DNA of 62,486 bases, filler included, from Atractiella rhizophila (taxonomy: Eukaryota): NCBI GenBank assembly GCA_021432655.1. It is 4 parts of 4 records of this genome, joined end to end, with 100 filler letters (N's around TTAATTAATTAA, not from the genome) between each part and the next. Parts side by side here need not be neighbours in the genome. Positions count along the whole stretch, not along the records: positions 24,132 to 48,089 come from MU271796.1; 3 more parts are not named here. One strand, written 5' to 3'. The notes beneath the pieces are model-generated. The model saw only the letters and a program-made list of their open reading frames with translations, ran no database searches and was not told the DNA's origin. Made by a program: the position numbers and the translations under genes. Position 1 is the stretch's first letter. Each line of letters opens with the position of its first letter. Positions 24,577 to 37,000 of this stretch are shown here, one piece after another.

Positions 24577-27253
24577 TTACGCTGGCTCGGAAGTCATATG
24601 CTGGGAAGAAGTGCCATAAGGGTAGGAGTAGCCGTTAGTGGGACCAACGGAGTTGCCAAAGGCGGCGGAGGTGGGATTTGCAGCTGGGTAAGAGGATGGC
24701 AAAGGATAGGAGGAGGTGGGTTGATAGTAAGTATAGGACTGGGGAGCGACTGTGGTGGGAGGAACGGGATGAGACATATCACTGTCGTTGTTGTGAGCGA
24801 AAGAGTCGATCCTTGGCTTTTTTGCCTTCCGACTATCGTCCATAGTGCCATCCGCGTTCCAGTTGTAATATCCAGAAGCTTCACCGTGCGGTTGGGCGAC
24901 GCTGGAGTTACCGGTACCATCTTGGGAATAGGAGCGAGGCAGAGAGGCGTAGGTTCTCTGAACCTGAGGAGCCTCTTTGCCCGTCTCCTTCGAGTTCATG
25001 CTCGGACGTCGTCCGGGAGGTTTCCAACCAGGAATATGCGGTCCGCCCTTCACGTCGCTCTCCGAGTGTCGACGGTTGGCGGTTGGAGGTACAACCTTCT
25101 CGCTGGACGCAACGGAGACGCTAGCTTTGCGCTTCCTCCCATTGTTACCAATGGGACGAGGTGCTTTATGCATTTTCGCGCTACGGACGAGGTATCAGTG
25201 TCACGTGATAGAGAAAAGCGAAGGACTAACTAGAGAGCACACGCATTGCAGAGCAGTTGACCGTCGACCTTTCTCCACACTGCCAAGGGATAAGCGAGAC
25301 GCAAAAGTCAGGGAAGAAAGCATACTGGGAGTTTGATCAGCCTTGCAATTCTTACAATGGACGGGTCCTTCCGCTGTCATCTTCCTAGGAGGAGGGGCGG
25401 ACGTGGTCGTCGTCGACGTAGAAGAGGAAGCCGGAGCATGGTGGTGCTTCGCGGCGGGGGCAGCAGCAGGGGCCTTGTGACCGAAGGATTTGGGACGATG
25501 AGTCTTATGAAGCTTCAAGTAGAGGCCGCAGCTGCTCACCCAAAGTGTGAGCAGAGCTTCTCAAGAAGGGAAAGGGAGGAACGAACGCGTTGCAGAGGAG
25601 TTCTTCATTGTTCCCTCTCCGCCACAACGGCGTCTGGTAAGCCCCGCAATTGGAGCATTGGGGTCTCGAGTCGCTGGCAGACACGTGCATGGGAGCTTGC
25701 GTCGCATGAGGGTTCTTATGTTTCTTCTGCGTCCTCTTCTCAGTCTGAGGAGCAGGGATAGCCTCCACTGTCGAGGGGGCATCCTCCTTCTGCGAGACGA
25801 AAGCCTGGATGGCGGATCCATGATGATCCTGATTGGCAGGCTGATTATATCCCCACATTGTCGTCGCAGCGGTGGTTTCGATGGGTTCAGGGAAGACGGG
25901 AGGCAGGAGAGGCGGGTGCCAAACTGCCAGTCTCGTGCTCGAAGTCGTCGAGTGGCGAGAGGAAGGCGAGGAAGAGCCAGTCGACTCGGGGGACGAGGAC
26001 CTCCTATTCTCTTCGATGGGAAGGACGGGGTCGACGGGCGGCAATTCGGCGTGCTGTTGCTTGAACCTGTCCGGTGTAACAGTGACACCGAGGCTGTAGT
26101 CGAAGTTACTCAGAGGAAAGGCGAGAGGAGGGTGGAAATTGGGATCCCACGGATGCACGGGAGCGGCAGGATGAGAGGTCGCGTCAACGGTCTGAGTGCC
26201 TTGGTTCCTTTGACCTTCACCCTCTCCTTGATTGGGAGGAGAATCGGTTTCAGCGCCATCGATTTCGACGATGGCAGGAAGGCGGGTGCTGTTCATGGCC
26301 TCGCGTTCGATGTCTTGCAGGAATCCGTCGAGGGGGAGTTCGACCACGGGTCGGGAGGATCCAAAGGCGAAAGGATCCCAAGGAGCAAGGATGGCAGACG
26401 GATGGAAGTCAGAGAACATGGAGTCGAAGCCTGAGAAGAACATAGAGTGTTGGACAAATTCACGGTCTTGTTCAGTAAGGTCTGGAGGGTCGAAAAGGTT
26501 GTTCTCGACTTGGATGTGGTGGGACAGCTCGTGACTGGAAATGCTGGAAGGACTCGGAGTTCTCAATTCGGGATAAGGACCACTCGCAGGCATGTAAGCG
26601 CCATAGCTGGAGCTCAGCGTTCCCGTGCCGACATCGGTCATGTTGATGGGAGCAGGGGTAGGGGCTTCGTTGACCTCTCAGTCGAGGAGCTTCTAAAAAG
26701 AAGGGAACAAACCAATGATGCCTTCTCCATATTTTCCCGCTATAGCCGAGGAAGTCTTCAGAAGCTTCTCTCTTTGAATGGAAGGCTGATTCATGACGGA
26801 CGCCACGAGCATTTCTTGAATGCCAGAAGCAGGGTTGGTCTTCGCGGCGGTCGGCTGCTGAACGTTCTTTGAGTCCCACTCGCTTCCTTGAGTAGCTTCC
26901 ATGAGGGCGGCCATCCTCAAACGTTCGATCCTTCTCCTTTCTTCTCGCTCTCTATCTTTGGCCCTGACGGCTTCTAAGGCTCTTTGTCGTTCTAGAAGTT
27001 TTGCACGTTCTGCTTCGTCGGCAGCTTCGAACTGTTGGAGGAGGGCAGAGGCTGGGGTGTACTGAGGTGGTTCGTAGTACGTTGAATACTGAGGTTGGTT
27101 GTAGAACGAATAGGGAAAAGCGCTGGGGTTTGTGAACGTTGGTGGTTTCGGTGGCAAGGATGACTTGGAGATGATGTTGGTGGTAACTTTGGGGGTCCGA
27201 CGAAGGACAGGTGCTTCTAATTCGTCGAGTGGTTTGTTGCGGTCTTTGTCAAG
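24577..27253 (-). CDS. GATA transcription factor with two zinc fingers (start unresolved)
   Basis: Finger 1 CSNCGAYQTPLWRRGNNEELLCNA|CGLYLKLH (CX2CX17CX2C); finger 2 CKNCKADQTP|MWRKVDGQLLCNACAL|YAKMH; basic RKRK segment; TAA 24577-24579. Confidence 0.92.
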
Positions 27254-30200
27254 CTGTGCGGGGAAAAGGAAAAACAGTCAGCCACCAATCGCACGACAGA
27301 GGCGACAGAAGCAACGGAAGCTGTGGAGTGGTCGTGGAGGGGTGTGTACCAGAAAGTGACGTTATAAGTGAAACCGTCGTAAAAAGTCGTTGAAAGCCAC
27401 AAGGATCAACAGAAAAAAAAAACAACAAAGGGGCAAAAAATACGGTCAAAACGCTGGTCAATGCGACAGCGGAGTCCCCTTGGCCAGGCCTGAGGCTTAT
27501 AAGGGCATTAGGGGACAGAGAAGGAATGGCGCCTTCTAAAGGATCTGAAGCTCTCGTGGATCGTTCTAATCCACTGAAACTTAGGACAACCGATGTTGGG
27601 CAATATTGCTTAATAAGGTTCATGAACGCGCGGCTTGCCTTTTCTCCGGTGCTCTTACTCAATTTCTGCCAGATCTTTCAGCAAACAAACCTCCGGGTTA
27701 AATTTCGAAACTCTCACCTTAAATTCCCGTTTGCCTTTCGACGAATTCAGCTGTCCGTTCGCAACCAGGGTCGAATGCAAGTGCCAGAGTCTCCAGCTGG
27801 GGAAGAGTCAGTTTCGCCTTCCTTCCATTTGCAGACTCGCCTGAGGTTTTCGAGTCGTTGTCCTTGCTCCAAATGAGCAGCCACCTGGATAAATTCCATG
27901 TTCGCGTGGACAAAGAGCGTGGGTAGTGGGGGACAACGAGATGCAACGCGCGGAGGTGAAGCAAGACGGCAAAGTTAGAGGAACGCTTCATGAGCACTTT
28001 ATCGCTCCAGAGAGATAAAAGTACGGACCTTGGTGCACACTTTGTTAGAAAGCCCACTAGTCAGCACATCCACCTGTCAGAGCGAAAGCAAACAAACGAT
28101 CACCTTTCCACGTCCTGCGAAGCCCCTCCTCGTCCGAAAGATTCGAGAAGGGAGAAAACGATTTATTGCCCTGTAGAACAGATGAGTTCGAGATTGCAAC
28201 AAGGGAAGGCAACAAGGATTCGGGAGCGCGACGCGAGCACGGAAGACATGGCGAACGCCAATACACGATGAAGTGAATAGAGTGCAATAGAAAAAACACA
28301 AAGAAGCGCGACTCGACCAACAGGTCAATAGGGAGTCCGCCACATCAACACAGGCTATCGCCAAAGAATCCTTCGCGAGGTGGGTAGCTTTGGACGATCC
28401 TCTTGAGCAAAATGATCTCTTGGGCAAAATGCAGCTCTAGAGTTGTCTGCACCTGCACAGCTGTCAAAGTCCAAATTTTAGCAGGCTGCTGTTTACTCCT
28501 CCACTTCGCTCCATAAAACCGGTTCCAGAACCACTTATCGATTTCAAAGCTCACCTTGAACTTCAACACGAACGGCGCCATGTCAAATCCACAAATTCCA
28601 AAGTGCCCTAATCAGGAGGATCGATAGGAGGTAAAACAATCTTGTTTGCTCGCTGGACTACTATCACTTGACTATCACTTGAAATCGAATGTGAGTCCAA
28701 GCCAAAGTCAATAAAACAATCTGCAACAGCAAATACTCCAACGTCAGCCTTTCTCTATTAAACGTGAGCATATTTGGCAGAGAGCTCACTGCTTGTGACA
28801 CGTCAGACCGTGGGACCCAAGACCTGACAAGGTGAATAGGTGGTTATATTGACCAAGTTGAGAGACGCGAATTGGCCGAATGTGGGTTTGTCGAAGCCGG
28901 TTTTGTTTTGCGCTCAGAGTGCAAAGAAGCAGTTTATCAAAGCAGACCGCGACCAAAGCTGGGCTAGGTGTCCGACACGACTTATGCAGGTGAAGGTGGG
29001 GCCCCAGAGTTTTTCCAGTTGGGGGAAGCGGAACTGAGGGGAAGGCTCGCTTTTATCAGCAAATCGATGGATTAAGTGTCGTGGCCGACTCCTCCCGGTC
29101 ACCCACAACCTTCCCACAACTCCGCATTCTCAATGACCTGAACGCATGCTTCCCGGAAATGAGCACCAGCTTCGAGCTTTTCTTCATTTAAAAGCGCCTC
29201 TGGTAAGAATGTTCAGACTCATGGAGCGCCAGAAACAATGATTGTCTGTGGTGGGGACGCCTGCGCTTGCACAAGGCAAGAAAATTGTTGAGTAGAGGCT
29301 GCACACTAGCACCGAGGTTGTTGATGATAGAATTCAAGAGCAACTTTTGCTTGGTTGGGTGAGCTTGGAGAATGTTCGATGCGGACGAGTGTTCACTCTG
29401 CTGTTGAGCATGCCCCAAGGTTGATCAATACCACTGATGAATTATCCTCCAAACAGCCTGAAAGGACCGTTTCAATGGAAGGACGATTTCAACCAGGCCA
29501 ACCCGACAAAATCCCAACGCCCTAACCATGTTGACTTCTTTGGCAGAGAAATGGATATAAACATTTGCTCCCTTCGGATGATAATTCGTAGGAGCGAAGG
29601 TGGACAGGACGAGAAGACTCGTGAAAGATGCACGGCTCTCACTCCCGAAAAGCGTGTGGGGAAGAGAGATGCAAAGCTCAGATTGGTTGCGAGATTGCGT
29701 CTGGCTCCAATCAAAAGGTCTCGTCAACTGTAGTTTCAGAACGCTGGGGAGGATGGTCTGGCATGCTGCCTGGGGAGAAACTAGTTGCAAAGCATTCTGC
29801 GTCCACAAGGCTGAGCGTTTGCCCTGCGGCGTGAAGTGAACAGAAATGCACCAGACCTGACAGAAAGTGTCTCTTGGTTAAGTGTGCTCCTGTCAATCCT
29901 GCAGGCTCCAGTCGTCGTAGCCCCCCGGGCATTGTAATTCCGAAACAATCATGGTCTTCGCTCTTTCTGGCATTTATATTCCATGCTTCTATGCAGAAGG
30001 TGCGTGTGTGGAACCTCTGCACTGTCACAAAGTCTCAGATGTGGCTTAGTAGTTTTGTCAAAAACTTTCCACTTCTCATAGAACAGTGAGTAGAAGAGAT
30101 TGCAGCAACGACAGCAATATGAATAAGAATGCTACGGGAAGTGCTGACCAAGAGGAAGCCGAGCTGATGGCAGCCATGGATCCGTATGATTGTCATGATG

Positions 30201-30814
30201 TGAAACCTTTTAGCTGAGAACAGTTAGCCAGCTTAATCGAGGTGCGCAACAGGGTTTCATCCAAGTCCTGATATATTTATTGCGTCCCGTTACATGCATA
30301 AGATGAACCAGTCATCGTAGCACATCGATGATGCCCAAGGAAGAAGTTGCATTGATCCTTTGACCTCTTAAATAAGCACTATAGTCGGATCCAACCAATC
30401 TTCGGATATGAAGTTTGCAAACCTTTCGGTGTCGCGGATCCGAGCACTGTGAGCTCATGAGGATAAAAGGTAACCAGTGTCATGACGAGGCACCAAAGTT
30501 CTAGCATGTTCGAGACGAAACTGATATCGCATCGCCATTCCCATTGCAATCTACAATGCTATCAATCAAAGGAAGACTCACGACGCAAACTCCCTTAGCA
30601 CCTGGGGGGATACCCGCTGTCGGCTTGATTTCCAGGCTTCTTAGACACAGATCGACATGCCCTCCATGGCATCAGACCTGCTAGATTCATCAAATGTTGG
30701 AGTCATTGTTGTTGTTTGCGTTGATGGCTGCAATTTCAAATCAAGTTCTCCTGAAATTCACCAACCTTTGTCCAAGCCAAGCAAGAGGAATAGGATTACA
30801 CTGCCCTCGCCAGG

Positions 30815-33703
30815 ATGGTCCACTTCCTCAGCCTCCTGCTGGCGCTCCCTTTCGCCTCAGCGACCTCCCTCCGCAGCACCGACTTCTTCCGCCTCTCCTC
30901 CCTCGGTTCCAACAACTTGGGGCTTTACAAACTCGTCTCGTCCTACGAATCTCAGCAGCGCCAACTCCAGGAGAAAGAACAGCTTTTGATCCAAGGTGCA
31001 GCTGGGGAGTCACTAGGATGGATGGAGCTGGAGAGCAGCTCGCAGAAAGATGAGAAATATGGACCTCACTTCTTCGACCAGCGCGTATCGCATGATCCGA
31101 AGAGCGAATACTTCAATGTTACGTTCAAGCAGAGGTATTGGCTAGATGATACGTTTTATGAACCCGGTGGGTAAGTAGTCTGCTAACTGACTTGTAATTT
31201 GGAGAAGGGCGGGCTGTTTGTTTGTGTATTCTTATGCGCGTCTGCTTCCTTTGGGCAGCAGCTGGAGCTTGCCTATAAAAGAATCCATACCATCATCAGT
31301 GTGTGAAAAGTTTCCATTTTATCGTGTGTCTGTGACGACTCTTAGTTAGCAAAGGAGGCAAAGGTGATATGCCTCGTTCAGGACCAGTGTGTCGTGCGTT
31401 GCATCCCGCAAGAGGTGCCAGTTATTACCAAGCTGACAGCTTGGAGTATGACATTGCTTGTTAAATTCAATTTATCTTCTTTGTAGCTTGTTTCAAGCTC
31501 TCTCCTTGACTATATCATTTCTAATTTGATCAGTGGTGTTGTCACTTCATCTCGCAGCTATTATCAAATTGGAAAGTAGCGGCAATGTTCAGTTTGTCAC
31601 TCTTCCCAAATTCCCAATTGCTCGATTGGTCTGAAGTTCACAGATTGGTGCTTTGCTTGTTGAATCTAGAACTGAGCAACATGTGCCCTTACTCTTGATA
31701 TCTGCCGTGGGAGAATGAGGTGACTCAATGAAAGAGGACCTTTTTAGCAACTGGCTCGCTCGGCAGGCTAGAAGAAGCCGACGTCACATCTCAACAGTCA
31801 CAGGAGCTCTCGAGCAACTTTTAGTTAACATCTGGTTATTTTGTACAGACCCATCATCCTTCTCGACGGTGGGGAGACGTCAGGAGAAGATCGCATTCCT
31901 TTCCTCGACCGCGGTATCTTGTATCGACTATCGAAAGAGCTTCACGGACTAGGGTACGTTTACTTGTTTTTTCAAAACAACAAACATTTAAAGAAACGAA
32001 ACAGGATAGTTTTTGAGCATCGTTACTACGGCGAATCTTTCCCTTTCCCTAACATCAGTACCGACTCTCTTCGTTTCCTGGACACTCTTACCTCCATCCA
32101 CGATAATGCCTATTTCGCAAAGACCGTCTGTCTGCCTTCTAGGAGGTTCCGAAAGATCGATAGCGATCCAGTCACTCATCCGTGGATCATTTACGGTGGA
32201 AGTTATGCTGGTGGAAAGGCGGCGTTTACTCGATCTCTCTATCCAGACGTGTTCATGGGCGGCATCGCTTCGTCAGCCGTGACGGTATGTCTTCTACCTT
32301 CTACCTTTAACCGTTTTGTTTCGTGGGCAGTGTTGATTTGTCCCTGAATGGGATCTCAGCACGCGACAGTCAACTACTGGGAATACCTGGAACCGATTCG
32401 TCTTTCTGGACCGCCGAAATGTATCGAAATGCTGCTCAACCACGTCAAAGTGGTCGATACCGTCTTAGGGTGGGGCCAGGAAGGGTTGACGACGACCATG
32501 AAGAGACAATTCGGACTGGAGAACGTGACGAGTGATCAGGACTTTGTCTCTGTGCTCCAAAGCCCGATGGGGATGTGGCAGGGAGGAAATTGGGAGGATG
32601 GACCGGTTGGAAGGTTTGAGAGGTTCTGTGAGGTTCTGTGAGGAGATTTTGGCGGAGGGAGAGAGAGTGGATGAGATGGAGAAAAGGAGTTTGGTGCAGT
32701 GGGAGACTATCGAGACGCTGATCACGAATTTGGCAAAGCAATGGAACGCTGTGGGACCTATAGAGAGGGTGAAGAGCTTCAGATTGTATGCTGAATGGGT
32801 AAGTCCCTCTCTCCCGTGTATATTGTGTTTGAAGGTATGTGGAACAGTTTAGGAAGAACGTCGCTGCTTTGTGTGAGGAAGAAGATCAGGACAAATGCTT
32901 CGGAAGTGATAATGAGGAGGACTGCCAAGATATATCTTTGGATCAAGGCATGTGGAGGGCTTGGCATTATCAAGTTTGCACAGAGGTTCGTCTCCCCTCC
33001 TTTATGAGAGCAAAACTGAGGGTCTGTAGTGGGGATACTACATTGTGTGCGTCATGGTCTTCTCACATTTCCAAGGATGAAGTTGACGAATAAACATGCA
33101 CAGTGCGGCACCGGAAGATCAACCAAGCCTTGTTTCCCGCTTGCTCGATGTTCCATACCACCATAAAACCTGCGCCTACGCTTATCCACCGGGCAAATTG
33201 AATCGTGCGTAGGCTTGATCTCTTCCTTTGCCGCGTCTCAGAAACCGGTATCAGGTATTCCTCGCTGGCCGGACGTCAAAAAGATCAATCAATATGGCGA
33301 CTTCAACTACTCGTTCCCCCGTTTGGCGTTCATCGATGGTTCTGCTGACCCATGGGTATATGCTACGCCCCATTCGCCAGAGAACCCAGCTATTAAAACG
33401 CGCCAAAGTACGACCAGCGAACCCTTCATCATGATCCCGAACGCTCGACATCATTACGACGAAAACGGCTTACGGTTCGTTGTTTTCCTCCACTCCATGT
33501 TCACACTAATTAATCATCGGCGCGCCATGTCCAGTGATTGGGAGAATGAGCCGAAAGAGATTAGGAAAGTTCATGAGGAGGAAGTTGCTTTCGTGAAAGC
33601 TTGGTTGGGAGAGTGGAACAATGAGTTGGAGAGGAAGAAGAAGTGGAGGATGGGACCTTGGAGGTTGGGGAAAGCTGGTGCTCCAGCAATGGATGATGTA
33701 TGA
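30815..33703 (+). CDS. Secreted serine peptidase family S28 (PRCP/DPP-II-like)
   Basis: Signal peptide MVHFLSLLLALPFASA; FKQRYW...YEPGG|PIILLDGGE; FEHRYYGES; PWIIYGGSYAG (catalytic Ser); DGSADPW; HHYD. Confidence 0.95.
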
Positions 33704-34027
33704 TACGTTGATACGTTGTGGGTTCTCCGCTTGCCAATTGAGGACATAGGAGAGCTGATGAAACAACAGGTTGGTTTAGTATACCAATATTGTAGTTCCA
33801 AAGCGCTTACTCGGTCCACTGGACTAGCGTCTGGTGTGGAAAGGATCTCTGATGATTAAGATCCATACTTCACGACTTCAGGAGGAGACTCAAAGGTTGA
33901 CAGACTCGAGGACTGATATCCCAGGAAATGACACCAGCACAAGCAGTACACGAGGATTTTGACATTGTCTAGATACAAAACAACTAACTTCGACATAAAG
34001 TATTTAGTGCAGACTACCCGCAGATCA

Positions 34028-37000
34028 CTATGAAGTTGCCAACCCGTACCTGTTCAGAAGGGGTCAATGCAAGCTGGATAGAACTGTGCAGGAAGGCTTA
34101 CCCAGTATTTGATAACCCCCGAGCAACCAACACAAATTCGCTGACAGCATCGCGAACCTTTTTCGTCGTCCTTGCCGCGAAGACCGCTTTCAGAAATTTT
34201 GACTTGTCCTTCTCATCCACGCTCTGGCCCATGCTCTCGACAGCTTCCTTTAGCCACGTACGTGCCGGATCTCCTCCCGCTTTCATAACTGCATGAAGGG
34301 CCTCTCCCAAAGTAGGGAGCGTGCTTCGGGGGATAGCGATGGCGTTCCCTCCTTTGTCCCCAAGCATGCAGCCAACATACGCTCCTAATGTTGCTGATCC
34401 GTGTTGAGCTAATACGAGGGGAGATATTTGAGGGTCGCGGTAAAGGAAGATGAGTGCTTCAAGTACGGAGACAACTGACAACCGCTCGCTAGTTCTTCGT
34501 AGAACAAATAGAGTGAAGAGGACGAGGGAGGACAGAGCTGGCATATTGGCTATCTCTTGAGGGTGATGCCGTATTGCCTGTGAACATGAAATCAGCACAT
34601 AGTCATTTATGAACGAAAGCCGTTCACCTTTTTTACAAATTCCATAAAGCTGAGAAGAAGATCGACATCTTCCAATATTGCTAGAACTACATTCAGGGGG
34701 TGTCAATGAGAGACGGAAGAAAACGAACAGCGTCCTTCTCCTAAAGTGCTCATCCCCTTTTCTGCGGTCCGCTGCAGAATCGAAGCAACGATACGGCTTG
34801 TACCTACAGGAATCACCTCGACCAAATTTCCGAGGAGAGTCATCCAAACGATGACAGCAACCTTGCTGGAATCCAAGACTCGCGATATGAGTTCTAATGT
34901 CGCCGCGGGATCCAGTGTGAGGAGAACCTTCGCATGACTGTTTCTGTCCGTGGTTTCTGGCACCAGGGACTTCACCAGGGAAGACAGTTCAACCGCAGCT
35001 TCCATGTCGTCAGACCAGACGGTGAGAATGTCGTGGATTGCCGAGATTGTCCGTGAACGCAGAGCAGCCGCCTGAGCATCAGCACCAAAGTCGTATTCCA
35101 TGGTACGGGCAGGGGTATTGTTGTTGTTGATTCCTCGATCATCCAGCTCCGGTGCTGTGGAAAGATCCACAATGTCGTCGTCATCAACGTCTGGCGGTAG
35201 GAGTCCGCGAACGATCGAGGCAAACGCCGCTAAAGAAGAGAGAACCACTTTCTTTGCCGCTTGTGGATGCTGCCGTCAGTCTTAGTATATCGTCATGGGA
35301 GGACGGCTAAACACCTACCTGAGGCGCAAGTTTTACGGCTTGGGAGATCTTGTCGAGTAATGGGGCTGTTAGTGTCTGCACGATCGTCAATTTTCGCTGC
35401 ATGAGCCAGATCCCGCTCACCGTGACGGGGCCACTGAGTTGCTCTGGTGGCATAGATTGGAGGACAGAGGAGACGGCTTCTAGGACGCGGATGTACTCTG
35501 ATTCCTACTCTCCTAAGTCGACATCCCTGTAAAGAGAACAAGTCGTACTTCAAGTTTCCCTTCTACCTCGTTGACCAATGTCCCAAAACTCGACATATGC
35601 TTTACGAGTTCCTTCTGACACGTCTTGCACAGAGAGATCAAAGCCTTTGCTGCATTTGCACCGAGGTACGCGTTAGACAAAGAGGCTGCTACGAAAGAGA
35701 CGGCGGGCAAGGCAAAGTCCGGGTGGTTTGCAATCCAGCGGCCGTAGTTGTCTTTGAACTGATGAGAGACAGTTCAGTTGACAGTTCATTGCACACCTAC
35801 CTATCAGGGAGAGCGCTGTATTGCGCAGACGTGTCGCGGATTCTTGTTGTGAGGGATCGAGAGAAGCTTCGATGGTCAGTAGTTGCCCAAAGCATGAAGG
35901 TCCGAATAGTTCGGCAAGCGTGTTATCCGTGCTAGGTACGACTTCATGTAGACAAGATATGCAAAAGAGAGCCGCTTCAACATTCTGCGACAGACTACAT
36001 GAGAAAATAACTTGATATAAAGCTGACATACCTCCAGGCGATCAGTTGCAGGAGACATTAACTGTTGCCCTACGCCCTTGATGAAGAAGCGCAACATGAG
36101 GTCTCGAAGGACATAATATCTAAATAGACAATTGTTAAGGTCTCACTCAAATGCATATGAAAGGAGAGTACACGTCGACAAGCGCATCTCCGAGCTCGTG
36201 TCGATAGTAGCTGAACCTCTCGAACTCATCTTCCATAAGTCAACGCGCGTCCGACACTGATCAAACGAGCACACCTTCATCACATACTGATCAATACGGA
36301 ACGCAAGCAGCAGATACGGTATCGTGACACACCTTTTGTCCATTCGACCTCCCGAACGAGCGGCCACCGCACCTTCTTCACCGCAACCGAGATCCACTCG
36401 ACCAACACGCTCTCCAGACACTTCCGTTCCTCTTCCCCTCTTTCCTCAGCATGGCGCTCACCAAGCGTCCCAAAGATCCCAAACGTGAGTTCGGAACAGG
36501 TCTCGTCCACTCCACCGTATCCCTCTGTGGCAGTGACAGCGATGAGATTTTTCAAGAGCTCCAAAAACGGTGGGGAGTTGACTGCCAGAGGCAGATTCGA
36601 CGAGATCAAGGAAGAAGGAAATTCGCTCGGGCCTAACAGAGGGATCGAGTGGTCCAACAAGGCGACCAGGAGCTTGGTCAACTCCCTCCTCAAATCCACA
36701 AAGCTCTCTCCTCCCAGGTCCAAACGCATGCCTTCGTCTTCGGAGGTGATGGAAAGGATGGTACGGACGCCGTCGCCTCTGATCCATTCTATCGCCTCCA
36801 TCGTGCGTTTGGCGGTCATAAACCCGACCAGAGGATTGCTCATCCCGCTCCTCACCAGTCCTCCGTCCGTCAGATTCAATCCGAAGGACGTAGGACTCGC
36901 GTTCGTAGCTATGAATTCGCACAGACATGATGCGGAGGATGCCATGGTGGATGGGGAGAGCAAGAGGGGACCGAGGAGAGGGAAGAGGGCGGTTAGACTC

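Noticed and set aside
24598..26434. 211-aa and 295-aa plus-strand ORFs
   Set aside because: Antisense shadows of the GATA gene exons; Arg/Gly-rich with no motifs.
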